Shown here one piece after another: positions 25,301 through 53,800 of a stretch of DNA of 64,000 bases. The position numbers and the translations under genes were made by a program. The stretch lies in assembly GCF_011386835.1 (NCBI RefSeq), contig NC_088802.1, forward strand, positions 57,164,001 to 57,228,000, written 5' to 3'. The notes under the pieces were generated by a model. That model ran no database searches, was not told the origin of the DNA, and saw only the letters and a program-made list of their open reading frames with translations. Within the stretch, counting starts at the first letter, position 1. Each line of letters starts with the position of its first letter. This DNA is from Chrysemys picta bellii (Eukaryota).

Positions 25301-26760
25301 AGGCAGAAGGGACCATTGTGACCATCGTCTGACCTCCCACACAGCACAGGGCAGAGAACCAGTCAGTGACTCCTGCATGGAGGGAACTATTCTTCCCCAC
25401 TATGTACATAACACTAGCGCACCCACTGACTTGGGGTTGAACTGGAATGTGTCCCCTGCTCTGGGGCATGATGCTTATACTGCCCACAATTGGTTGCTGC
25501 CATCTGACATCCAGAGAGGCTCAGGTGGTCCCTGAATGCCAAGAGGCCGAGATGCCAACACCAGAAGAGGGCTGTTCTGGAGGGAGGAGAGTGCACAGCC
25601 AGCAAGGAAAGTCCCACTTCCCTGCGCAAAGGGGGAAATTCCTGCCCCCATCCAGCACTGAGGTGAAAGCTCCCTCCAGGCCATCAGCCCCCAGTGAGAT
25701 TTCCAGATAGCTGCACTAGCATCCACAGGAAGCCTGGGCTTTTGAGAGGGGTCCCCCAGGGCCTGCCCAATTCAAGCCCCAACCCTGACAGCAGCCAGGC
25801 TGGTGTCTGAGCACATCCCAGGCAGAGACAAGCCCAGGCCAGCACCATTCCCACTCACTCACCAGAAGCGTCTCTGGCCGCCTGTTCCACTCTGCCAAGG
25901 GCAAGAAAAGACCCAGCTCCTGGCCGGGATCCCACTCCCCAGGAGAGAGGCTGGGAAAGCCAGACCTGGACACAGGGGGCAGAGGGGACTCGCAGTCTAG
26001 AATCACCTTAAAGTCGGCTAGCTCCTCCGGGCTGAACCCCTGGCTGTGGATGATTTTCATCTGCTTCACCAGTGTACTCTTGCCACTTTCTGCACTGCCT
26101 GCAGGGCAGGAACCCAGTGTCACTGAATCAGCCTGGGGAGGGGACCGAGTCAGTGGGAAGTCAGGGATGTATAGGGGACAGGAGAGGAGACCGGGAACAT
26201 ACCTGAGCAGGCGCTGGGGGGAGAGAAGAAGGGGAAGAGAGCAGCCACAGAGAGCCAGGAGAGTCGGGAGAGAGAGACTGGAATGTAGCCGGGCCCTGGG
26301 GAGACTGGCCCCGAGAGTTGGGGAGCGGGGCCCCGGGAAGGGGGGGGGCAGGAGCGGCCCCCGGAGCTTGGGTGTGGGGCCCCGGGGGGGGGCAGGAGCG
26401 GGGTCCCGGGGGAGGGAGCGCCCCCAGAGCTGGGGAGCTGGGCCGGGAAGAGGGGAGCAGGAATGGCCCCGGAGCTGGGGAGCGGGGGGGCAGGAGCGGC
26501 CCCCGGAGCTGGGGAGCGGGGCCGGGAACGGGGGGCAGGAGCGGGGCCCCGAGGGGAGGCGGGAGCGGCCCCCGGAGCGGGGTCCCGGGTAGGGGGGACG
26601 GGAGCGGCCCGGGCCCCCCCACGCCCTCACCCAGCAGCAGGATCCGCACCGCGCCCAGCTCCCGCTTCGCCTGCTCGTACAGCTCCCGCTCGATGCGGCG
26701 GCTGCGGCCGCGGGCTGCGCGCTGCTGCGCGGCGCCCCGGGAGCCGAGGCAGAGCCCCAT
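10152..26760 (-). CDS. GNAV1: Heterotrimeric G-protein alpha subunit, Gv class (fifth class), 361 aa, 9 coding exons
   Basis: complement join(26631-26760,26007-26098,24094-24186,22504-22664,18458-18586,16045-16174,15383-15454,13088-13175,10152-10342) = 1086 nt, one open frame, all junctions GT-AG. G1 GSAESGKST, switch I RVRLRTSG, G3 DVGGQ, G4 NKID, G5 TTAT. Features I recall from fish gnav1: MGLCLGS start, PAVLDNLLSSMKFVL, ALCCLWAD, GYEY, GRHLRL, GADCDV, KLIYHHFTTATDT, C-terminus IIQENLEAAALL. Class assignment is from recalled sequence, not a search. Confidence 0.9.
13088..13175 (-). CDS. GNAV1: Gv alpha exon 8 (NKxD)
   Basis: ILFLNKIDLLQEKILHLGRHLRLFFPQYT+G, 88 nt, CAG acceptor and GTAGGC donor. 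Confidence 0.9.
13566..14244 (+). mobile_element. Solo LTR in GNAV1 intron 7
   Basis: TGTGAC...ATGACA ends, a 5-bp direct repeat GCTGT on both sides (13561-13565, 14245-14249), and an internal plus-strand AATAAA near 13967. Confidence 0.75.
15383..15454 (-). CDS. GNAV1: Gv alpha exon 7
   Basis: NRLLESMKLFSSVCNNVFFQSTSL, 72 nt, CAG acceptor and GTGAGT donor. Confidence 0.9.
16045..16174 (-). CDS. GNAV1: Gv alpha exon 6 (switch II)
   Basis: (R)[43 protein letters not shown], 130 nt, CAG acceptor and GTAAGG donor. Confidence 0.92.
16437..16782. mobile_element. hAT (Charlie-like) MITE in GNAV1 intron 5
   Basis: TIRs CAATGGTCCTCAACC...GGTTGAGAACCCTG. Flanks CTTGAGTG / CTTTACTG match at 6 of 8. 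Confidence 0.7.
18458..18586 (-). CDS. GNAV1: Gv alpha exon 5 (switch I)
   Basis: (Y)FFENMERLVHPEFQPTPNDVLRVRLRTSGIVETHFRIKDLVF(R), 129 nt, CAG acceptor and GTGAGA donor. Confidence 0.9.
22504..22664 (-). CDS. GNAV1: Gv alpha exon 4
   Basis: VHARSVLSCSHCLDETQMVLPWVSDALCCLWADDGVQAATRRGYEYGLNDSAL+TA, 161 nt, TAG acceptor and GTGAGT donor. This frame is not in the supplied ORF track. Confidence 0.88.
24094..24186 (-). CDS. GNAV1: Gv alpha exon 3
   Basis: PAVLDNLLSSMKFVLRGMGTLHIDLTNSKNQ, 93 nt, pyrimidine-rich CAG acceptor and GTAGCT donor. Confidence 0.9.
24770..24970. mobile_element. hAT (Charlie-like) MITE in GNAV1 intron 2
   Basis: TIRs CAGTGGTTCTCAAA...TTTGAGAACCCCTG with a perfect 8-bp TSD TTCTAGTA. 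Confidence 0.85.
26007..26098 (-). CDS. GNAV1: Gv alpha exon 2 (P-loop)
   Basis: (G)SAESGKSTLVKQMKIIHSQGFSPEELADFK, 92 nt, CAG acceptor and GTGATT donor. Confidence 0.9.
26631..26760 (-). CDS. GNAV1: Gv alpha exon 1
   Basis: MGLCLGSRGAAQQRAARGRSRRIERELYEQAKRELGAVRILLL+G, 130 nt, donor GTGAGG. Confidence 0.9.
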
Positions 26761-27055
26761 GGGCCCGGGGACTTTTCAAACGTCGCCGCCGCGGACCGGA
26801 GGCTGCAGGCCCCGCCCAGCCGGCTGCGGAGCGAGGAAGGCGACAGCTGCCGCTCCGCTCGAAGCGCCGCGTAGCCCGAGACCGGCACCGGGCTCTCCGG
26901 ACCCCCGGGGCCGGGGCAGCGCCGGTCCGACACTGGTCGCTGCTGCAGCCGCCCCCGCCCCGCACGGGACACGTGCAGCGCCGCCCGCGGGCCCGGGGCT
27001 CCGCCACAGCCCGCCCCGCGCGGGGCCACTCACCACACCCAAACGGCTCAACAAG

Positions 27056-27061
27056 TTTATT
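27056..27061 (-). terminator. Probable PCYT2 polyadenylation signal
   Basis: First AATAAA I found on the minus strand after the PCYT2 stop (28777), followed about 15-30 nt later by the GU-rich tract GTTTGGGTGTGGTG. Confidence 0.55.
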
Positions 27062-27189
27062 ATTTTCCACCACACGTACAAGAGCGACAGACAGAAAACG
27101 GCCAGGCTGGAAGGGGGTGCAGCCCGCCCAACATCCCCCCAGGTGGGACCCAGCACCCGCTACTCCCCAGCCGCGGTGCTGCCCTCCCA

Positions 27190-27780
27190 CGCGCGGGACG
27201 GGCAGGCGGACTGCCCGCTCCCTGGTTCGAGTACAGGCGAGACAGCAGCCCACGAGCGGGATGGGCAGGCGGACTGCCCACGCCCTGCTTAGAGTACAGG
27301 CGAGGCACTAGCCCACGAGTGGTAACCGGCCGGCGGACTGCCTGCTCCCTGGTTAGAGTACAGGCGAGGCAGTAGCCCACGAGATGTAACCGGCCGGCGG
27401 ACTGCCCGCACCCTGGTTAGAGTACAGGCGGGATAGCAGCCCACAAGCGGGAACAGGCAGGCGGACTGCCCGCACCCTGGTTAGAGTACAGGCGGGATAG
27501 CAGCCCACAAGCGGGAACAGGCAGGCGGACTACCTGCTCCCTGGTTAGAGTACAGGCGAGGCAGTAGCCCACGAGATGTAACCGGCAGGCAGACTGCCCA
27601 CGCCCTGGTTAGAGTACAGGCGAGGCAGTAGCCCATGAGCGGTAACCGGCAGGCAGACTGCCCATGCCCTGCTTAGAGTACAGCGAGACAGCAGCCCACG
27701 AGCGGGAACAGGCAGGCAGACTGCCCGCTCCCTGGTTAGAATACAGGCTAGGCAGTAGCCCACGAGCAGGAACGGGCAGC
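27190..27780. repeat. 63-64 bp minisatellite, about 9 copies
   Basis: Anchor motif CTGGTTAGAGTACAGGCG (with minor variants) recurs at 27222, 27285, 27349, 27413, 27477, 27541, 27605, 27669 and 27732. Confidence 0.92.
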
Positions 27781-28776
27781 AAAGGCAAGGAGAAAGCCCG
27801 CTGTGGTTTGTACTGAGGGCCAAAGTCCACACCCTTGCTGCTGTAGGACGAGGGGCCAAGGGAAAGCACATGCTTAGTGCAGCTAGTGGCCTCCCTGCTT
27901 CCCCTTGGGGAACTACTGGCACTGAGACCTCCCCCGCTGCACTGCCCACCCCACCGATCCCGTTTCTCCGTATGGAAGCTGGCAATACATTAGCACCAGC
28001 CACAGCCGCCACAGAGCCTTTCCCCCAGCTGTTTGAACCAGTACCAACAGAGCAGAAGCAGCTCTGAGCACTCCAGAAGAGAGTGGCCTGTTCCCAGCAC
28101 CTGCCCATGCACAGAGCAAGTAGCTCAGCACAGATGGTAGCTGGAGTTTGTCTCCCAAAGACAGCAGCTGATGCTCTGTATCAACTGTGAGGGACACGGC
28201 TACAGGTTAAGGGCCTGAATGATTCTCACAGGTGCTAAGTACCCACAACCTCTCACTACAAATTCTAGGTGCTCAGAAGTCAAAATCAAGGGCTTGGGCT
28301 GGAGCAGACTCTTCAGTTTGTAAAATTCTTGGTGATAGCAAAAAACCCAGGAAGGATGGTCTGAAGCAGACAGACTCCTAACAGCATAACCAACCAAAAT
28401 CCCACACCAAGGGGAGCAGAGTCCTGCGGAGGGGACAGCACTTCCCACGTGTCAGAAGCCAAAACTGGCAGAAAGTAAAACCACAACATGTTAAAACATT
28501 CATTAGAATTAAAACTTCCTTTAAAGGGGTAAAACAAATCTCCCCCAGGAAAGGAGGTGGCTGGGGGCTGATTAAGAGAAAACTAGGAAGCAGCATCCCA
28601 GCTTGTCATCTCTGCACAATCTGCAGTAGGATATGAAGAGGGAAGAATGTGTGAGAAGATGCCTTGTTGGGGCCAGCAGCACTGTCCTTGCCTAGGGTAT
28701 GCCCTAGGCAGGCTTGCTTCTCCAGAAGAGAGAACACTGCGGTGCTCTCCCCTCCACACACTTGTTCTCAATCATC

Positions 28777-47201
<18,425 letters not shown>

Positions 47202-47887
47202 CTCGGACGAGTCCTGGACCCCCGCCCCGGAGCCGTCACCGGCCGGAGCCGCCTCAGTCACCTGACCGGGGGCGGGGATAGGCCGGCCCAGGGCGCCGCC
47301 ATCATGGAGAGATCACGTGACAACCACCCCAGCCGGTCTCGCCCCTCCCTCCCCGGGGCGGGGCGGAGGGAGCCGGCCCTGCCCGACGGGCTGTAATGCC
47401 AAGGCCGCGGCCACATGCCCCCCCAGCCCCCAGCCGGAATCCCTCCCCCCGGCAGGACACAATCGGGCTCCTGCACCCAGCCCAGGGTCACCCCACCAGC
47501 CAGTCTCAGAACCGCAGGAGAGTCCAGGCTTTCTTTACTTAGCGAAAAGAACCCCGCCAGGCGGGGACCCGGCAGGTGCACCAGCCTGCCAGTGCGGCTA
47601 GAGAGCAGAGTGCAAGTGCTGAGGTTAAGGGGAAGGGTTCAGACTGCAAGCCCCATTGCCTAATACCCAGCTGTCCTCTCAGCTTTGTCTTCGCATCGTA
47701 AATAGTTGCATGAAAATACGGTACGACTCCTGCAGTTTTTTCCAGTTGCCCCCACCTCAGACCAGCAGAGTCTGTGTGGAGTCCATGGCAAACCCAGCAG
47801 AGTCCAGGGCAGTAGGGAAAAGCCATCCTGAAGGGCACCAGCTGATGTATTTCCATAAAAAGAGTGTTCAAATGGCAATTTACAAAG

Positions 47888-50800
47888 TCAATTTACTTTT
47901 TTCCTCTTGGAGCCTTTTGCACAACCCCTGCCAAACCAGCCACCCGAGAGAGAGAGGCTGAGCGGAGAAGCTGGCTCTTGCTGCTGCTCTTGCATCTGCG
48001 CGTCCTCCAGGCTCCATGGTGGTGCCACGGGTCTCCGACTGTGACTGCCTTCTTCATCGGGGCTAAGGGGAATAGCCAGAGAGAAGATAGGATCCTTTGT
48101 TCTACCAAAACAAGACAGATGTGTCAGAAAGGCTCCTCGGCCTGCTGCTGGGGAATTCAGCACTACCACAGAGAGGAACTGAACCCACTGCTGAAAATTA
48201 CACTCCTCCATCCTGGATGTAGCCAGTGAGCAGCTACTATTCACTCAGTCCAGAGAAGCAGCTATGTGACTAAAATCACCTCTTGTGCTCTCCCCTGGAA
48301 GGCACGCTTTTGGACTGCTCTGCCATTGCAAACATCTCACTGCCCCACCTCTGCCAGGAGTTGTTGACAGTGCCTTCTGGGTCCATATCTACCCAGATGA
48401 AAATCACCATTAAACTACAAATATTAAAATATATTGCCGAACAGGCAGAGGAATGTTCTGTAGTAAACAGGCACAGGAGGGTGCAGTCTCAGCAAAGGCC
48501 TGGGAATTTGGAACTTCCATATTATAATCCCCGTGACAGCAAATCACTTCCCTTCCCTGTGCCTTAGTTTCCCCATTTATAAAACGAGGATGGCAGAAGT
48601 GACTTGCTTTGTAGGAGGGAAGTGAAGGGGGGGTGAGTTCTCTATAAAATAGATGAATATTATTGTCAGTAAATATGAGGCAGCCACCAGACCTGAGGAT
48701 CTATACCTGTCATAGCATGGGATCTCCAGACCAAGTTCTTCCATCAGTAATCTCATAACATCATCACATTTCCCATGTAGTTTCAAGGCAGCAAGATCAT
48801 CCTTTGGAGTCCACTGTGGGGGGCCAAGGAAGTGAAGATAAAAATCCAGACAGGTTGAATGAGCAACCTTTATATGATCCCTGCACAGCACCCTATCCAG
48901 ACCTAACAGCCTTGTATTGTGGCAGGGGACCCATGTCCCAGTCTGTCCCCTGCTCAAATTCACTGTCTAGCTCCCAGACTCTTTGTGGGTATGAATTCCA
49001 GCTTCCCCTGTACAGCAGGATGTAGGCGCAGAATCATTTCATATGAGGCTTTTCCCATTTTTTAACATCTCACCTGCAGGTTCACAATGTAGAGTTTTGG
49101 ACGGCGACTGGGGGGTTTGCTCATGCACCAAAGATGTGGATACTTTTTCAAAACCTGGCATAAAATAGAGACGGTCAGTATAGCCAAAGGCAGATGTGAA
49201 TACTAGAATATATCTGTGAGAGCAGGTGGAATTTATTACCAGGAAGGGGATGAGGGAGGAGTCAGAAGAGAGACTACCCGGCACCTGGATTTATCACATG
49301 TGGTGGGCGAGGCCTGACACCAGGGTCTTTGGGAGGAGACTGCTCCGCGCCAGGGTGCATCACCAAAGGAGAATGCTGCTAACAATCTTCACTGAGCGTC
49401 TAGTTACCTTTAAGCTGGAACCCAGACACAGAATCACATCTGCTTTGCTTGCAGCCTCTGTTGCTGCTTCCCAGTTCAGTGGTTCCCTCAAGGTCCCTTT
49501 CTCCCCAAAATGGACGATTGTGTCTCTCAGCTGTGTCCCACACTTATGGCACATCCTGCCTGTATGATGTCTGTGCAGGGCTGTGCGCTCCGTCACATCA
49601 AACACTCGCACATATTCTCTATTGGGTGTGCAGGAAGTACAGACCTTGTGCAGGAAGGAAGCAAGGAAATGCAGTTATGTAACAGGGACATTTGCCAGGG
49701 GCCTTGCATCAGTTAGCCTTGGTTTGAGGCAGTGCTCCTTTAACAATAGGTGTTTCGCCCTGGTAGGGAATTCAGACCCAGCTGGTAAGGGGGGAGGTGT
49801 CAGGTGACTGCCTGATGAGCACTTGATTCCTATAAGGCTGAAAGAGCTCGCTTTCTAGGCGGGAGCTACAGGAAGTAGGGTAGTTCCTGTGGCAGGGGTA
49901 TGCCTAGGCATATTGTCTATAGGAGGACTGAGGAAGAGCTGCTGGATTTATGCTAAACTGTTTCATTTGGGGTTTTTCTAAAGACTGTCAGTGCAACCAA
50001 TACATTGTGCCCTGAAGAAAGGGCCTGAACAGACTCCAGGTGTAGAGTTTAATCCTTCATGGACTGGGGAGACAGGCCAGCAGCCTACAACCTACAACCC
50101 ACCTGAGCCCACAGAATAGCAAGCCTGTGCCCTGGCTACTCACCTCTATGTACATGTTTCCATGAAGCTCAGATATTGCTGCTTGGGGTAACCCACTCCG
50201 TAGGTGGAGCCCATCACAGTTCTGAGACACCACATGCTGTACCTTGGAAGGAAGGAAGCAGAGCTGACATGGCAGGGAACTCTGAAAGCGTTCACCAATG
50301 AGGCAAACAGACTGATCTCAGTACAACCCCAGAATCTGAGCACAGTTGGCAGAGTCCAAGCAGGGTGGGAAAGAAATGACTGAGAAGACACAGAAACCAG
50401 CACACACTTATGACAGAAGTTAAAGGGCTCCCACTGCTAAATAAAGCTCTGCTAGGAGTTCTCACTATCGCTCTGCTAGGAGTTTTATAACAGGGACCCT
50501 CACCCATCCTCAGTAACAGAGGTGGGTGGGTGGGTGTGAGAGAGAGAGAGAGCGCGAGCGCATGTGCGCACGCTATGGAAAAGGTGCTGCTGCAAAGGGT
50601 GGGAGTTACATCCAGGGGTGAAAGTGGGCTGGTACAGTGTACCAGTAAGAAGCTGGTACCAGCCTGTATGCAGCGACACTAAAGCACTGCCGGAGGGTCC
50701 TTTGCCACGTCAGCGCTTTAATGTTGCTGGCCCCCCCCAGTCAGCAGCGGTGATGTGGAGGGGGGTGGGGGGGAGAGAGGGGCAACAACATTAAAGCGCA

Positions 50801-53800
50801 TAATTGTCCCACTCCGGGCTGACGGAGTGGGGGGCAAAAGGGCTAACTGCCCCAGAGCCAGCAATTTAAAAAAGCCCAGGGCTCCAGGCCGCCACCATTA
50901 TCGGGGCTCCAGGCCACTGCCGCTACCAGGGCAGCGGCCGAAGTCCTGGGCCCTTTTAAATCACCACCAGAGCCCCAGGCAGCGTGGGCCATGCAGTGCA
51001 AATGGGCTGGCTGGGGGAGGCTGACCCCCTCCAGCCCCGCACCTTCCACCCGAGGCCCCACCCCTTCTGGGGGCCCACGCCAGGCCCCCGTACCTGTAAG
51101 AATTTTATATTACTTTCACCCTGGTTACACTAATAAGACACTAGGTTTTTACAGGAGCACAAACCCTGCTGTTTTCATGTGGACATCTGGCCACCTTCCG
51201 TAAGTAACAGTAACTATGTTCAGTAACCCAAGGAACACTCCCAGCAACTGGTCTCTGTTGATTTTCCAGTCTCTCCCTTCAGATCCAGGTACCAGAGCAC
51301 TAGTGAGCTTAGGACCTTACCAGGTTGTGCTTGTGTAAGCAGGCAATGCTCATATGGGTGAGTGTGGGCTCCGCTTCACTCAGATCTGTAGCCCTGGCAA
51401 ATGGAAAGGAAAAGGAACAGAAGAGGAGCTGTTAATCCCACATTCAGTCTTCGCCTTCTGCTGTGCAGCCCAGAAAGATACTCTTGTGAGGTTTGCAAAG
51501 ACTGTCACCCCATTAGAGCAGAAGGAAAAAACTTAGGAATGTCATCTGCTTACCTGATACTCCTCCCTTTCTGCAGTAACGTCCAAACTCCATTAGGACC
51601 CCTGTAGTCAGGGATTGAAGCTGCCTGCATTACAGGAGAAACAAAAGGAAAATTAGACCTGCTGAGAATGCTCCCCACACCACCAGTCCAGCCTTGTTAG
51701 TTTATCTGACTCTCACTTTCTACATTCCCCACAAATTCATCATCCCTCTCTCATACAGAAGCACATACAGGTCTGTCTCACTTGTTTGAACTCCATGCTT
51801 AACTCACTCCGACAATTCATCCAGAATCATCATCCTTCACAGAGCAACATTCTGTCCATCTGCCCCCTTCGTTCAGTTTCTGCATTTTTATATTAGATCC
51901 CTAATATTCTCCTCCCTCACATAATTGATATAATTTCTGCCACTTTTTCCCACTCAGTATTTCCTGTTTCCCCACAAAGAACTCAATTCCTGAATCTTTC
52001 CATAGTTCCTCCAGATATGGTGGCATCTTTGTTGGCCTATGCTGGCCATTCTCCAGCACAAATGTCTATAGCACAGTAGCACCCAGACAACTCAGTCAGA
52101 ATCATGCCCCCATAGGGGCTGTAGAAAAAGAGAAGAAAATATGGTTCCTGCTTCAAAAAATTCACAATCAAAAGTGATAAGTGACATACACGGGAGGGAT
52201 GTGCCTGACTTCAACACCCACTTCTCCCAGAAGGGACCACAAAGGGAGACCATTTTTATAGATCTTTATAACTTAAAAATTATGAAGTGCCTGCTAGACC
52301 TATCTGCCCTTCAACCTAGCCATCATTAACTGGCCAATTTCGTATTGGCTATAGGACAGAAGTGAGTCTTGAAGAGAAATCTGAAGGAGTGGCCTTACTG
52401 ATCAGATCAAAAAGGACATTCTTTGTACAGTGATCTTGGCTCTGACAAATATCTTTGTATGCAGTCAGAGCCTCAGCCTCTCTGACTAACAAGTGTCTTC
52501 CTGAGACACAAAACATGAAGGTGTCCTGCCCATCGTCCAGTCCCTAACCGTGGGCCAATCTCAGTCTGAATCCAGGATCCTAGGACTCCTAATACTTTGC
52601 TTACACACCTTCCTGTCCTCATGCAATCCACTCACTAGCCAAGAAAGATCTCTGTAGAATTTATGGCATAGAAACACTGCTGAAGGAACTCCAGCAGCCT
52701 TAAACACTCATCCCATTCAACCCTACCGTGCTGATCCCAGCTCCTGTATAGATGACCAGGTGTTTCGCACTTCGGACAGCTGCAGCCAGTTCAATGACCT
52801 TTCTCTTTAATTCCTCTGGTTCATCACAAACCTAAAGAGAAGACAAGGAAGTTAGAGCAATCGCTCTAAGATGCAGTGCGTCACTCTACACAAATTGCTG
52901 GTTAACTCCCTTCTAGTCTCTTCTCTTTTTACTGAATCCTTAATGGCTTCAATTAAAAAATTAGAAAAAAAAAATTGTTTGAAAATCTTTTTCTCATGTG
53001 CATACCTTGATCCTAGATATCAATTCCTACTGACACAAGACGACAAAGTCAAGGTAAAATTTAATTTAAGCAAAACGTGGATGAAAACGGAAATGTTTCA
53101 GTCAGAAGTAGAAAATAATTATGTAATAGTATCAATGTCAGACACATCTGAAATTGAAAGACTGGATGATGAACTGCAACTTCTTCTTAAAGCTCATGAA
53201 ATCTCCAAAAATAAAGAGATATCTGGATGAAGAAAAGCTCAAAAAAGGATTGGGACAATTCTTGATTCATTTGCAAATGAGCCACATCTCATTAAGAAAG
53301 AAATCATATTAAACTACTGGAAACATCATGAAAATGTCATGCCCAAGATGAATCAATTTACAGTTCCAGCAATACAAGTGAGTGGTGAAAGAACATTCTC
53401 AGGCCTCAGAAGTATCCTTTCACCGCACAGGTCCAATACAACACAGAAAATCTTACAAGATGTTATTTTAGTTTGTTCAAACATGTTGTTCATAAAAAAA
53501 ATAAATTCTGTTTGACAGCACAAGAACACTAGGAAAATTCATGTAAAAGTTAAACAGTTTCAGGTCTTTTTTTAAATTTAAATCAGATTGAAATTTGATT
53601 TGACCTAGTTTGAATCAGTAAATGAAGTTTCTTGGGATTTTTTGATGGCTTGAACCAGAAAAGAACCAAAACACATAGAATACAACTGAACCCAAACCTG
53701 AACCAAAGCAAAATAAATATCAGTTTGACTCCCTGGTTCTCACTCTGCATCCCTGGAAGCTGCAATGTCTCATCCTAGGGAGGGGGGGGGGGGGGGGAAA

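Larger units (their letters stand above)
26200..27200 (-). promoter_or_regulatory. CpG island covering GNAV1 promoter, exon 1 and the start of intron 1
   Basis: High GC and CpG density, with GC boxes (GGGCGG on minus) upstream of the ATG at 26760. Confidence 0.75.

Noticed and set aside
10152-26760. Calling the G-alpha gene GNAO1/GNAI/GNAZ/GNAQ-like
   Set aside because: It lacks the Gi/o MGCTLS start, GAGES P-loop, TCAT box and C-terminal CGL(F/Y), and lacks Gq/G12/Gs C-termini. It has 9 coding exons, and the distinctive segments match recalled Gv.
10152-26760. G-alpha locus as a pseudogene or retrocopy
   Set aside because: It has introns, consistent phases, no stops or frameshifts, intact catalytic residues and a CpG island. 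Expression itself remains unproven.
25716-27311. Long ORFs of 437, 324 and 282 aa over the GNAV1 5' end
   Set aside because: These are stop-poor GC-rich frames in a CpG island with low-complexity P/G/R/A translations. Only the exon 1 and exon 2 portions are real.
27190-27780. CRISPR-like array
   Set aside because: The units are contiguous and homologous over their whole length, with no unique spacers and no cas genes, in a vertebrate context.
49678-50089. Possible solo LTRs (also one starting near 11358)
   Set aside because: TG...CA-like ends are present but I could not find a matching TSD, so the boundaries are unsupported.
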